From: Patescibacteria group bacterium
GTDB taxonomy: Bacteria > Patescibacteriota > Minisyncoccia > Phycocordibacterales > UBA1539
Length of the DNA stretch: 41,583 bases
Direction: 5' to 3'
NCBI GenBank assembly: GCA_036985875.1
Contig: BTQM01000001.1
Span: forward strand, 1-41,583
Shown: positions 18,448-26,966 of the stretch, piece after piece
Numbering within the stretch: the stretch's first letter is position 1
Layout of the letters: each line of letters begins with the position of its first letter
Notes under the pieces: model-generated
Told to the model about the DNA's origin: nothing
Databases searched by the model: none
Seen by the model: only the letters and a program-made list of their open reading frames with translations
Made by a program: the position numbers and the translations under genes

Positions 18448-19254
18448 ATGAATACTATTGTATCGTTAAAACGAAAGATGGCAGTATGCGCTTTAGTGCT
18501 CATACTGCTTTCCCTTGGCGGGAATATCGGCGTAGCTGAAGGAAGAGAAGGTGCAAAGGTGTCGTTTACGTTTGATGATGCGCCCAAGTCGGTATTTGAT
18601 AACGCCTACCCTCTCCTTGAAGCACGTGGATTTCCCGCAACAATCTATCTGACGACGAAGTATATCGGTGCTATGCCGTGGTACGTCACTTGGGAACAAG
18701 TGGGTATCCTAGGCAAGCGAGGGTGGGAGATCGGATCTCACACCCATACGCATCCGCACATGATGGAGCTTACAGCAACAGAGATCGCGAAAGAACTTGA
18801 CGAGTCGATCAAGGAGCTGCGTAAGAGGGGTTTTGCTCCGCGTTCGTTTTCATCACCGTACGGTGAGTTTGATGGGCGGGTGATTGGCGCAATGAAGGCG
18901 CGGTTTGGAAATCACCGAAGAGCATGGGGAGGCACCAACGGGTTGAACGATCCTGTTTCGGTAAATCCCTATGATATCTCGGCCTTTGAGCTTAAGCACA
19001 CGACTACGTTTAAAGAGGTCAAAAAGCTCATTGACAGAGCGGTAAAGGAGGAATCCTGGCTCGTCTTTATTACTCATGCAGTATTGCGGGGTGAGCCGAG
19101 TGAATATCAACTTTACGTTGATATTGATGTTTTCCGGCGCATTGTGGACTATGTGCACAAGAAGGGTGTGAAAGTAGTAACCGTCTCCGATGCTATGGCA
19201 AAACCCACGCGAATCAGAGTGAGGGTGCCAACAGACAAGTTGGAGAAGTGGTAG
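18448..19254 (+). CDS. polysaccharide deacetylase (NodB/CE4 family), secreted
   Basis: Signal-like N-terminus. FTFDDAP (motif 1) and HTHTHPH (His motif). Confidence 0.85.
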   Translation: MNTIVSLKRKMAVCALVLILLSLGGNIGVAEGREGAKVSFTFDDAPKSVFDNAYPLLEARGFPATIYLTTKYIGAMPWYVTWEQVGILGKRGWEIGSHTHTHPHMMELTATEIAKELDESIKELRKRGFAPRSFSSPYGEFDGRVIGAMKARFGNHRRAWGGTNGLNDPVSVNPYDISAFELKHTTTFKEVKKLIDRAVKEESWLVFITHAVLRGEPSEYQLYVDIDVFRRIVDYVHKKGVKVVTVSDAMAKPTRIRVRVPTDKLEKW

Positions 19255-19301
19255 TAGGAGAGTTTTTTCTCATAACGTTTTACAACAGAGGAGTAAAAGA
19301 T

Positions 19302-19790
19302 ATGAAGCGAAAGACGATAGTTAACAACATCATTGCGTTTATAGCACTCTACTGCATTTCACTCGTAGCTATCGCAGGAGAGACAGATTTTGGTAAAAAA
19401 TCTGGACCTCTTGCCTATCCGTGGAATATGTGGACGGAAACAACTTACGATTTCCATGGAAAGCGCAGAGAAGGCCTCAAGTTTGATGGTTATGTTGAGC
19501 AGGGTGTTGATTGGCGCCGATTCGGATCGTGGACACTCAATACGTTTGTCGGGGCACGCTTTACGCTCTCGGACCGGAGGGATCAGTACTGGAACAATAA
19601 GTACGGACCATGGTTTGGCGTAAAGATCAGGAGGAATGTGTCTTTGAGCGACGGAAGTTGGGGTGTTATGTCCATCGGTATCCGTTCCGAGCATTATCGG
19701 TACCGTGGCAACGGTTCTCTCGAGAGTGACAACCGCGGAGTTGTGTATATCCAGTGGTCTGCCGGCGGCAACTTGAAAAAGGGGAGGTAA
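19302..19790 (+). CDS. secreted hypothetical protein, Trp/Tyr/Arg-rich with an alternating beta-strand-like pattern
   Basis: ATG at 19302 preceded by AGAGGAG. Signal-peptide-like MKRKTIVNNIIAFIALYCISLVAIAG. Same strand as the GT2 and CE4 genes. Confidence 0.5.
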   Translation: MKRKTIVNNIIAFIALYCISLVAIAGETDFGKKSGPLAYPWNMWTETTYDFHGKRREGLKFDGYVEQGVDWRRFGSWTLNTFVGARFTLSDRRDQYWNNKYGPWFGVKIRRNVSLSDGSWGVMSIGIRSEHYRYRGNGSLESDNRGVVYIQWSAGGNLKKGR

Positions 19791-19794
19791 GCGC

Positions 19795-20292
19795 ATGTAT
19801 ACTCCCACAGGTGGATGTTGCAGCGCGCTCATCCATATCCTTTTCAAACATCCGATATTGATTGTCGTATTTGGCATCTCTGTCGGCGTCGGTACTCTCT
19901 ATGGTGAAATACCGGACAACGATACATGTACTGTGGTCGTTGCGGAACTGCAAAAGAAAGCGGTACAACTGGAAGGCGATCCGAATCTTAAGCGATTGAT
20001 GCGGAAAGCGGAAATTACCTTTCAGTCTCTCCAAAGAGAAGCGAATGTTGACATGCGGCTGAAGACGCCCGCGTTTCGTCGCGTACTCGAGAAGACACTT
20101 GGTAAGATTACCAGATGCGCTGCAGAAAAAAGCGTGTATGTCTTTGGGAATATGGAGAAACGTGAACAGATCGCATACTTTTACTTTCTGGACTTGCTGC
20201 ATCGCTTAGGATCGGTGGAGAAAGCAGCTGTTGAGTATCGTAGAATAAGTGGATACCCAGTCGCATCTTCATCGCATCGTAGATCAGAGTGA
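19795..20292 (+). CDS. hypothetical membrane-anchored protein
   Basis: 165 aa with one N-terminal TM segment. Starts 4 nt after the previous stop. Followed directly by a strong terminator. Confidence 0.5.
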   Translation: MYTPTGGCCSALIHILFKHPILIVVFGISVGVGTLYGEIPDNDTCTVVVAELQKKAVQLEGDPNLKRLMRKAEITFQSLQREANVDMRLKTPAFRRVLEKTLGKITRCAAEKSVYVFGNMEKREQIAYFYFLDLLHRLGSVEKAAVEYRRISGYPVASSSHRRSE

Positions 20293-20310
20293 TGCGACAA
20301 CATCACATAA

Positions 20311-20346
20311 GCCCCGAACGCCAATGGCGTTCGGGGCTTTTTTTTA
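20311..20346 (+). terminator. rho-independent terminator of the GT2 operon
   Basis: 12-bp stem GCCCCGAACGCC / GGCGTTCGGGGC, then T8. Confidence 0.95.
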
Positions 20347-20454
20347 TCATACTATATAATAATGTAGCTAGAATATCTGAAAGTTCCACTTCGCTTAACT
20401 CTCACATACCTCTTGTCCTATGTCTGCCTGTGCGTTGCACGCAGACAGGTCGCC

Positions 20455-20493
20455 AATAAAAAAGGGGTTCTTCCGCTTGCGCTTCAGAACCCC
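20455..20493 (-). terminator. rho-independent terminator (minus strand)
   Basis: Minus strand reads GGGGTTCT-N14-AGAACCCC followed by TTTTTTATT. Lies downstream of the 20547-21101 gene. Confidence 0.8.
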
Positions 20494-20546
20494 TTGTCTC
20501 TATCGTCGACAACACCTTCTATTTTGCTGCTTACGTGCGCGACAGC

Positions 20547-21101
20547 TTAGCATCTTGGGATATTTCCCGCGCTTCCTGGCACGACAAGCTCTATTTGCAT
20601 CACCCGCTCTTCGCCTGAGGAATTGACTTTATCAATCCAGCCCTTAGGCAAATGCTCGACCAGACCAAGTAGTGTCTCACGATCAAGGGCGTATTCATCG
20701 TCAAATAGGATATTCCCGCGTGTGGCTTCTTCTAAAAACAATCTCACTAATGCCGTCATGGAGACCCAGAGCACATCGCGGCGGATAAAGCACGATCCCG
20801 CATTTGAGGCGAATATTTGCTTTTGGCTTTCAGTAAGAAGATATGTTAACCGAAGGCTCGCCAGAAGATGTTTGTCGTGTTCACACAACTCCATATATCG
20901 CTTAACAAAGAAAAAAGATGCTCCTGCGAATGCCTGGACATATTGCGCAGGCCACTTTATGAAAGCTGTTCTTGCGTCGGCGTCCAGCAGGTGCTGGCAG
21001 TCTTTTTTCAGCCAATCTGCCAAAAACAGCATATTGTGTTTTGCTGCGGATAATCGTGTCTCGATCTCCTCTCTTGAAAAGCACGAGGTTTGTTCGTTCA
21101 T
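20547..21101 (-). CDS. hypothetical protein
   Basis: 184 aa. Shine-Dalgarno context AAGGAGACGAACATG. Terminator downstream on the same strand. No motif recognised. Confidence 0.55.
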   Translation of the reverse strand: MNEQTSCFSREEIETRLSAAKHNMLFLADWLKKDCQHLLDADARTAFIKWPAQYVQAFAGASFFFVKRYMELCEHDKHLLASLRLTYLLTESQKQIFASNAGSCFIRRDVLWVSMTALVRLFLEEATRGNILFDDEYALDRETLLGLVEHLPKGWIDKVNSSGEERVMQIELVVPGSAGNIPRC

Positions 21102-21288
21102 GTTCGTCTCCTTCAGTTAAATGACAAGGAACGTTCAATGTTTTATATTACCTCTCTCAAACCTAACACGCATATCGGATATTGTCAACCTTGCTGAACC
21201 TAGGCTTCATGGGTTACATTATCTTCTCTCGTCTTATGCTTTGCTTTTGTGGAGAAGAAAGGTTGTTGTTGAGCTTGTTGCTGCGTTC

Positions 21289-22734
21289 TCATATACAGCA
21301 ACTTAATTTACTGATGTCTTTGACAAACGCAAGGGCAGCGTACTTTATTGCCTCGGAGAGCGTGGGGAACACCGGAGTTGAGTGAATGACATCATCAATG
21401 GTGTTTTTGTTCTTTATAAGCGTTGCTGCCTGTGCGATAAGGTCACTCGCATTCGGCGCCAAAATGTGGATTCCAAGAATACGTTTCGTCTTCGGGTCAA
21501 TTGACATCTTGATAAGTCCTTCTGTGCGGCGGATAACCTGTGCTTTGGGAATAACCGTAAATGGGACCGTGCGGCATGCGCAGGTTCCCGTTTCCTTCAC
21601 TTGCCTTGCTTCGGTCCAGCCGACGCTCGCAAATTGCGGATCGGTAAAAATAGCGTATGGCACCGTATCGTAATCAATACTGTCCTTTGTTCCCCCAAGG
21701 GCATTTTTCGAAGCAAGCGTACCCTCATGTCCGGCGGTTGTTTCAAGGCGCAAGGGTGCGTTCGATACGTCGCCGACCGCAAAGATATGCGCCTTGTTGG
21801 TCCGGAAAAACTTGTTCACGATTATTGCCTTGCGCTTGTCGATCTTAATGCCCGATTTTTCCAAGGCGAGGTCTTTTGTGTTCGGCGTCTTGCCGACGGC
21901 CAAAAGTATTTCATCCGCGGAAATTTCGCCGGTTTTACCATCGTGCTCATAAGTAACAATTTTCTTATCGTCTTTTCTGCTTGCCTTTATTACTTTCGCA
22001 TTCGTAAAAATCGTAATGCCCTCATCTTCCATGATTTTTCTAAGCTTAGCCATAAGTTCTGGCTCTCCGGGACGGAAGATGGTTTGTCCGAATTCCAAGA
22101 CCGTTACCTTTGTTCCAAAGCGCGCGTACATCTGGGCAAATTCAAGCCCGACGGGTCCGGCGCCGACTACAATGAGTTCTTTCGGTTGCCGCGTGAGCTT
22201 AAGCGCTTCAATGTGTGTAACATAACCGGTTTCTCTAATGCCCTCAATAGGAGGCACATTGGCAGTTGAGCCAGTGGCGATGATAAACTTTTTCGCCGCC
22301 AGTTTCTTCCCGTTTACTTCAATTTCATGTTTTGAAACAAACATCGCCCTGCCCTCAATAAACGTTACGTGCTCAAGGTGCTCCAAAACCTTATCATAAT
22401 GGTCTCTTCGCGACATATCCACCATTATCAGTTCGTCTTTGATGACCCTGTTAAAATCAAAGTTCTTCACTTCGATCTCAATGCCGGGAATATTGTGGTG
22501 TTTCGCCGCATGCAAAACCTCCCCGGCGTGAAGCAGTATCTTTGATGGCAGACAGCCGACATTGACGCATGTGCCGCCAAGCGGAAGACCGGCGTTTATC
22601 ATGGCGGTTTTGATCTTTCCGCCCGAGGCGGATGAGATTTCATTGGCGCGAATGGCGGCTGCGAAAGCGCCCGCACCTCCGCCAATGATTATTAGGTCAA
22701 ATGTTTTTACCCCGTTAGAAATTTTGTCTGTCAT
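21289..22734 (-). CDS. merA: mercuric reductase core (MerA without the N-terminal NmerA domain)
   Basis: FAD motif IIIGGGAGAFAAA. Redox-active GGTCVNVGCLPSK. C-terminal ...VFPTLSEAIKYAALAFVKDISKLSCCI with the vicinal Cys pair typical of MerA rather than Lpd or glutathione reductase. Confidence 0.8.
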   Translation of the reverse strand: MTDKISNGVKTFDLIIIGGGAGAFAAAIRANEISSASGGKIKTAMINAGLPLGGTCVNVGCLPSKILLHAGEVLHAAKHHNIPGIEIEVKNFDFNRVIKDELIMVDMSRRDHYDKVLEHLEHVTFIEGRAMFVSKHEIEVNGKKLAAKKFIIATGSTANVPPIEGIRETGYVTHIEALKLTRQPKELIVVGAGPVGLEFAQMYARFGTKVTVLEFGQTIFRPGEPELMAKLRKIMEDEGITIFTNAKVIKASRKDDKKIVTYEHDGKTGEISADEILLAVGKTPNTKDLALEKSGIKIDKRKAIIVNKFFRTNKAHIFAVGDVSNAPLRLETTAGHEGTLASKNALGGTKDSIDYDTVPYAIFTDPQFASVGWTEARQVKETGTCACRTVPFTVIPKAQVIRRTEGLIKMSIDPKTKRILGIHILAPNASDLIAQAATLIKNKNTIDDVIHSTPVFPTLSEAIKYAALAFVKDISKLSCCI

Positions 22735-22766
22735 GATTTATCATTTATTACTATTAATTGCTTCAT
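22731..22766 (-). CDS. 11-codon upstream mini-ORF (MKQLIVINDKS) coupled to merA
   Basis: AGGGAG Shine-Dalgarno sequence 4 nt upstream of its ATG. Its TGA overlaps the merA ATG (ATGA). merA has no Shine-Dalgarno sequence of its own, and an in-frame TAA lies two codons upstream. Confidence 0.3.
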   Translation of the reverse strand: MKQLIVINDKS

Positions 22767-22789
22767 GCTTCTCCCTAGCTTGTAAATGG

Positions 22790-23116
22790 TCAACACTCGG
22801 TCTTGACCCTTCGTTTACCCGTACAATGCTTGCAAAATCGGTTGATGTGCCCGTCCATAAGCGCAAGGAGCGGTCTAATGGTCTTTTTGTTCAGATCATA
22901 CATATGCTCATTACCGTTTTGTCGGAAGCTTACAAATCCGCAGGTCTCAAGCCGTTTTAGGTGATGAGAAACGAGACTTTGTTCATAGCCGAGAGTTTTC
23001 GCGATCTTGGTCGCTCTGTGCGGTCCCCTTTGAAGCAAGTGCACAATATCCCATCGTGTTTTGTTCCCGAGGGTCTCAAAGAAGATTTTATATGGTTCAC
23101 GAACTGCATGTCTCAC
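22790..23116 (-). CDS. ArsR/SmtB-family metalloregulatory transcription factor
   Basis: 108 aa. Winged-HTH pattern LGNKTRWDIVHLL...ATKIAKTLGYEQSLVSHHLKRLETCGFV. GTG start. Sits upstream of merA on the same strand. Confidence 0.85.
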   Translation of the reverse strand: MRHAVREPYKIFFETLGNKTRWDIVHLLQRGPHRATKIAKTLGYEQSLVSHHLKRLETCGFVSFRQNGNEHMYDLNKKTIRPLLALMDGHINRFCKHCTGKRRVKTEC

Positions 23117-23117
23117 A

Positions 23118-23137
23118 ATATGAATTATAATTCATAT
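23118..23137. promoter_or_regulatory. perfect 20-bp palindrome ATATGAATTA|TAATTCATAT containing a TATAAT -10: candidate ArsR operator/promoter
   Basis: Read directly. The minus-strand TATAAT (23124-23129) lies 7 nt upstream of the arsR GTG at 23116. Confidence 0.6.
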
Positions 23138-23206
23138 ACGAACATGACACAACGCGTTTATCCACATATCGTGTAGAGCGCGACAGGACAAAATACCCAT
23201 GGAAGC

Positions 23207-23246
23207 AAAAACACAAACAACGGGGTAGTAACAACGATCACTACCC
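23207..23246 (-). terminator. terminator-like hairpin downstream of pyrE
   Basis: Minus strand reads GGGTAGT-N10-ACTACCC followed by the T-rich CGTTGTTTGTGTTTTT. Confidence 0.5.
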
Positions 23247-23251
23247 AGTTT

Positions 23252-23884
23252 TTATTTTTTACGGGCAAGGAATTCTTTTCCTTTGCCAACATCTATGTTG
23301 ATCGGTACGCCGCTTTTGCAAAGCGGGCATAGAGCTTCCTCCCACGTGTCCAGTTTGATGTTGAAAAGCGCAAAAAGTTCAGGGACACCGGCGACGTCTT
23401 GCGGTGTGATACCGCCGCGATTGCACAGTACGCCAAGCCCGATCACGTCGCCGCCTGCGGCACGTGTCGCCTTTACCACCTTCTTTGCTGAACCACCCGT
23501 CGTCAATATATCCTCAACCACCAAGACTCTCTTGCCGGACACAAGCTTGTCATACCCGCGTCTGATCTCAAAGGTCTCACCGCCTTCTGCTTTTTCGGCA
23601 TAGACACCTAGAACCTCGTGCCCGGTAAGTTCGGATAAATGATGGGATATCCACTGCGAAAGGATGATCCCTCCAAGCGCGGGAGCAATGACTACCTGTA
23701 TATTGCTTTCTGCGAATCGTTCGGCAATTGCCCGGCACAGCTTTGAAGTCTCTTTGGTGTGCGGATAGAGCGCGTCCTTGTTGACGTAAGCCGTTCCGTG
23801 TCTACCAGAAGTATAAACCATGTGGCTGTCCACAATGACCGCACCGACATTCTCTAAAATTTTTATAACTTCTTGTTCGTTCAT
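23252..23884 (-). CDS. pyrE: orotate phosphoribosyltransferase
   Basis: 210 aa. PRPP-binding VLVVEDILTTGGS. Overlaps the pyrF stop by 4 nt. Confidence 0.9.
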   Translation of the reverse strand: MNEQEVIKILENVGAVIVDSHMVYTSGRHGTAYVNKDALYPHTKETSKLCRAIAERFAESNIQVVIAPALGGIILSQWISHHLSELTGHEVLGVYAEKAEGGETFEIRRGYDKLVSGKRVLVVEDILTTGGSAKKVVKATRAAGGDVIGLGVLCNRGGITPQDVAGVPELFALFNIKLDTWEEALCPLCKSGVPINIDVGKGKEFLARKK

Positions 23885-24636
23885 ATTGTTTTCTTTTCTT
23901 CTAACACAGATGTGATTTCGAGGGCGATACGCTTTGCGGCATCAGCCGGCATACCCACTTCTTGCGGCGGTTTGGTGATGGGGCGTCCGATGACAAGTGT
24001 GGTTGCACCCGCTTTGATCGCTTCTGCCGGCGTACTGATGCGCTTCTGATCTCCTTTGGCAGCCCACTCAGGTCTTATGCCGGGCGTTACTTTCAGCAAG
24101 CTAGCAAGTTCCTCATGTTTGCCCAGAAACTCCAGTTCTTGAGATGAGCAGATGATCCCGTCCATCCCGGCAATCTTTGCATCGCGCGCGAATTGAAGAA
24201 CTTTTGCTTTACTGGAACTACCGAAGATAAGGCGAGTGCTGTCCTCTCCAAGCGAAGTGAGGACAGTAACGGCTAGAACTTGTGAACTGCCTTTATTTTG
24301 CACCGCCGCTTTCATTGCCTTGATACCAGCTGAAGCATGAACGTTAAACATTGCCACGCCAAGTTTTGCTGCCGCGGCAGAGGCCTCTCCCACGGTGTTG
24401 GGAATATCGTTGAACTTTCCGTCCAGAAAGACTTTGCCACCCAAACCGTGCAGAAGCCCGACAACTTGCGGTGCACCCGCGGCCGTCAAAAGCTGCAGAC
24501 CGACTTTGAAGTATCCAACATTAGGAGCAAGTTCCTTAACCAATGATTTTACCTCATCCAGACTGCTTACATCCAGTGCAACGATGATCTTGTCCTTTGC
24601 ATCCACCGCCTTCTCTTTTTGAGTTATCGCCATCAT
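23881..24636 (-). CDS. pyrF: orotidine-5'-phosphate decarboxylase
   Basis: KIIVALDV and FLDGKFNDIPNTV motifs, plus C-terminal LVIGRPI. Confidence 0.9.
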   Translation of the reverse strand: MMAITQKEKAVDAKDKIIVALDVSSLDEVKSLVKELAPNVGYFKVGLQLLTAAGAPQVVGLLHGLGGKVFLDGKFNDIPNTVGEASAAAAKLGVAMFNVHASAGIKAMKAAVQNKGSSQVLAVTVLTSLGEDSTRLIFGSSSKAKVLQFARDAKIAGMDGIICSSQELEFLGKHEELASLLKVTPGIRPEWAAKGDQKRISTPAEAIKAGATTLVIGRPITKPPQEVGMPADAAKRIALEITSVLEEKKTI

Positions 24637-24641
24637 GTTCT

Positions 24642-24650
24642 AAACTAACA
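24642..24650 (-). promoter_or_regulatory. extended -10-like TGTTAGTTT, 5-8 nt upstream of the pyrF ATG ATG
   Basis: Minus strand reads AGTGTTAGTTT-AGAAC-ATGATGGCG. Confidence 0.35.
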
Positions 24651-24690
24651 CTTTTTTGATCTTCCGTCATCAGAGTTATGCGGACGCCAT

Positions 24691-24720
24691 AAAAAACCGC
24701 CCCAAAACTATAAGGGCGGC
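24691..24720 (-). terminator. rho-independent terminator after the 37-aa sORF
   Basis: Minus strand reads GCCGCCC-TTATAGTTTTG-GGGCGG followed by TTTTTT. Confidence 0.8.
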
Positions 24721-24721
24721 T

Positions 24722-24835
24722 TTAACATTGACGTCTTATCACTTCGTTAACAATGTATCGTAATGGGGTCAAACAAATCCATAGAGAAAATATTAGGATG
24801 ATGACCACAGGTCGCATAAGGCGTAAAATCCACAT
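24722..24835 (-). CDS. 37-aa hydrophobic small protein (MWILRLMRPVVIILIFSLWICLTPLRYIVNEVIRRQC)
   Basis: Not in the ORF track because it is under 60 aa. AGGAGG lies 7 nt upstream of the ATG. One predicted TM segment plus a basic tail. The terminator begins 2 nt after the stop. Confidence 0.45.
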   Translation of the reverse strand: MWILRLMRPVVIILIFSLWICLTPLRYIVNEVIRRQC

Positions 24836-24963
24836 GATGACACCTCCTGTGCTTGTACGCACTGTGTTAGGGTGAATTACGCATTCTTTTCCCACAACTT
24901 TTCAACAACTGCTTGAATGGTAACATAGAAATTCGTATAAGTCAAGGACAGCTGAAGGCAGAG

Positions 24964-25764
24964 TCATAAATTATTGTCCCTAAGCCAGTCTAAAATGGCT
25001 TGAGCAGATTCCCTCCAGTGTTTACCAATAAGGAGGCCGGGGTGTGATGCGTTTTTGATCTCCACCACAGGTGCATTGTAATACTTCGCTTGCGCGCGTG
25101 CTTTTTCAATTCCAATGCCGAAAGGAAGAGAGGTTCCTTTTTCCGCACCAATAAAAAGCAGTGGTTGCCCCAGCTTCTCTTTGGGAACGGATATTCCTCG
25201 CTTTCTTTCACTTCGCGCGATACCGGACTCTACCGTCAACTTCTTTTTCATTTTCATAAGACGCCATGGATATATGTCCGGTAGTGCCACCATTGCTTTC
25301 ATTGGGTTTGTCGGCATGCCGGAATCCGTGGGTGTATATGATTTGGGATACGTTTTCTCTTCGTTTGTTTTCTGCGCTTCAAGGCCCGGGCTTCCGTCAA
25401 GAGAGACCGTTGCCGATGAGCCGTATTGAGCGCTATACATGAGTGCGATAAGTCCACCCATGGAATGCCCGATAACTATCGGGTTTTGTATACCAAGCCC
25501 TCGCACAACGTCTCTTACATCATCTACATAATCTTGCATCGTAGCACCTTCCACTGTACCGCCACTGTTCCCATGGCCGCGCAGATCAAGTGCATGACAG
25601 TTATATCCAGCTTGGGCAAAAAACTTCATATACAAAGCAAAAATCCAAGCGTCGCCCCAAGACATATGAATAAAGACAATATCTTTCGCGCTTTCTGCTT
25701 TTTCCGCGAAAATACTTACAGTTGAGATAGGAATATTCCCGATCAATTTACGCACCTCTTTCAT
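24964..25764 (-). CDS. alpha/beta-fold hydrolase
   Basis: 266 aa. Nucleophile elbow GHSMGG, HG oxyanion region (LRGHGNS), C-terminal His (ASHPG). Confidence 0.8.
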   Translation of the reverse strand: MKEVRKLIGNIPISTVSIFAEKAESAKDIVFIHMSWGDAWIFALYMKFFAQAGYNCHALDLRGHGNSGGTVEGATMQDYVDDVRDVVRGLGIQNPIVIGHSMGGLIALMYSAQYGSSATVSLDGSPGLEAQKTNEEKTYPKSYTPTDSGMPTNPMKAMVALPDIYPWRLMKMKKKLTVESGIARSERKRGISVPKEKLGQPLLFIGAEKGTSLPFGIGIEKARAQAKYYNAPVVEIKNASHPGLLIGKHWRESAQAILDWLRDNNL

Positions 25765-25770
25765 GGTATA

Positions 25771-25779
25771 AGTATACCA
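25771..25779 (-). promoter_or_regulatory. extended -10 TGGTATACT, 6 nt upstream of the hydrolase ATG (leaderless candidate)
   Basis: Minus strand reads TTTTGGTATACT-TATACC-ATG. Confidence 0.5.
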
Positions 25780-25818
25780 AAAGTTCTGACTTCATTCACT
25801 TAACTCTCACGGAGCGGA

Positions 25819-26952
25819 TCATTCCTTTAAATATTTTTTGTCTTTTAATTCGTCGGGCAGGAAACTTTCCTCGGTGTATTTTTTGTAGCCCTTGCCGTAG
25901 CCGTGTTCTTTCATCAACTTTGTTTCCGGGTTTCTCAACTTCAAAGGAATCGGCAAATTTCCCCTTTCTTTCACATCATCCATCGCCTTGAAATAAGCGT
26001 TATAAGCGCTCCTATCTTTCTTGCATTGCGAAAGGTAAGCCGCGCCATGAGCCAAATTAATCCCGCACTCCGGAAGCCCGATGGTTTCCACCGCCCTAAA
26101 GACTTCATTAGCCACCACCAGAGCGGTTGGTTGGGCCAATCCAATATCCTCGCTGGCAAAAATCACCATTCTTCTGGCTATAAATTTAGGATCTTCGCCG
26201 GCATCTATCATCCTTGCCAAGTAGTAGAGTGCCGCGTCTGGCTGGCCGGCGCGCATGCTTTTTATAAAGGCGCTGATGGTGTTGTAGTGCTCCTCTCCCT
26301 TCTTGTCGTAACGCAAAAATTTTGACTGAAGAGTGTCTTTTAAAGTTTCCACTGTAATTTTGCCGTACAGCCGATTGGCATTTTCCAATATCGCAATAGC
26401 CTGCCTGGCATCTCCGTTGGCCATAGCGACAAGCCAGTCTTTGGATCTTTTATCAAGTTCAAAGCCGGTTCTTTTGATAATTTTCAATATCTCTTCTTTT
26501 GAAAGTTCGTTCAATACAAAAACTCGGCAACGGGAGAGAAGCGCCGGTATTACTTCAAAACTGGGGTTTTCGGTTGTCGCTCCGATCAAAGTCAGTTCTC
26601 CGCTTTCAACAAAAGGAAGCAGAAAATCCTGCTGGATCTTATTAAAGCGATGAATCTCATCTAAAAACAGAACCTTGGGGCGTTCGAGATTCCCGATGGT
26701 ATTTACGATCTCTCTGATCTCAGCCTTGCCGGCCGACACGGCTGAAAGTTCATAAAAACTCGCTCTCAGATTTTTGGCGTATATTTTGGCTAGGGTTGTT
26801 TTGCCGACCCCCGGCGGCCCCCATAAAATAAAAGAGAATAAATGCTTGTCACGAATGGCAATTCTTAGCGGTTTGTCTTTGCCCGTCAAGTGTTTTTGTC
26901 CGGCAAATTCGCTAAGCTTCTTCGGCCTGATCTTTGATGCCAATGGTTCCAT
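25819..26952 (-). CDS. rarA: replication-associated recombination protein A (AAA+ ATPase RarA/MgsA)
   Basis: [23 protein letters not shown]-terminus, Walker [31 protein letters not shown]. The start is 26952, or alternatively 26976. The GC-rich extension to 27072 in the track was rejected. Confidence 0.85.
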   Translation of the reverse strand: MEPLASKIRPKKLSEFAGQKHLTGKDKPLRIAIRDKHLFSFILWGPPGVGKTTLAKIYAKNLRASFYELSAVSAGKAEIREIVNTIGNLERPKVLFLDEIHRFNKIQQDFLLPFVESGELTLIGATTENPSFEVIPALLSRCRVFVLNELSKEEILKIIKRTGFELDKRSKDWLVAMANGDARQAIAILENANRLYGKITVETLKDTLQSKFLRYDKKGEEHYNTISAFIKSMRAGQPDAALYYLARMIDAGEDPKFIARRMVIFASEDIGLAQPTALVVANEVFRAVETIGLPECGINLAHGAAYLSQCKKDRSAYNAYFKAMDDVKERGNLPIPLKLRNPETKLMKEHGYGKGYKKYTEESFLPDELKDKKYLKE

Positions 26953-26966
26953 ACTCAAAATATACG

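Noticed and set aside
19359-20202. Two minus-strand ORFs (172 and 178 aa) competing with the plus-strand hypothetical genes at 19302-19790 and 19795-20292.
   Set aside because: The plus-strand models continue the GT2/CE4 operon. They have a GGAG Shine-Dalgarno sequence and a signal peptide, and they are followed by a strong plus-strand terminator at 20311-20346. The minus-strand ORFs have none of these.
20389-20406. The shared 12-mer CTTAACTCTCAC at about 20395 and again at about 25800.
   Set aside because: In 41.6 kb, dozens of chance 12-mer repeats are expected. The flanking sequence does not extend the match.
20623-21120. A 165-aa plus-strand ORF with a TTG start, opposite the 20547-21101 gene.
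   Set aside because: The minus-strand ORF has an AAGGAGAC Shine-Dalgarno sequence, an ATG start and a downstream minus-strand terminator at 20455-20493. The plus-strand ORF has only a TTG start and no signals.
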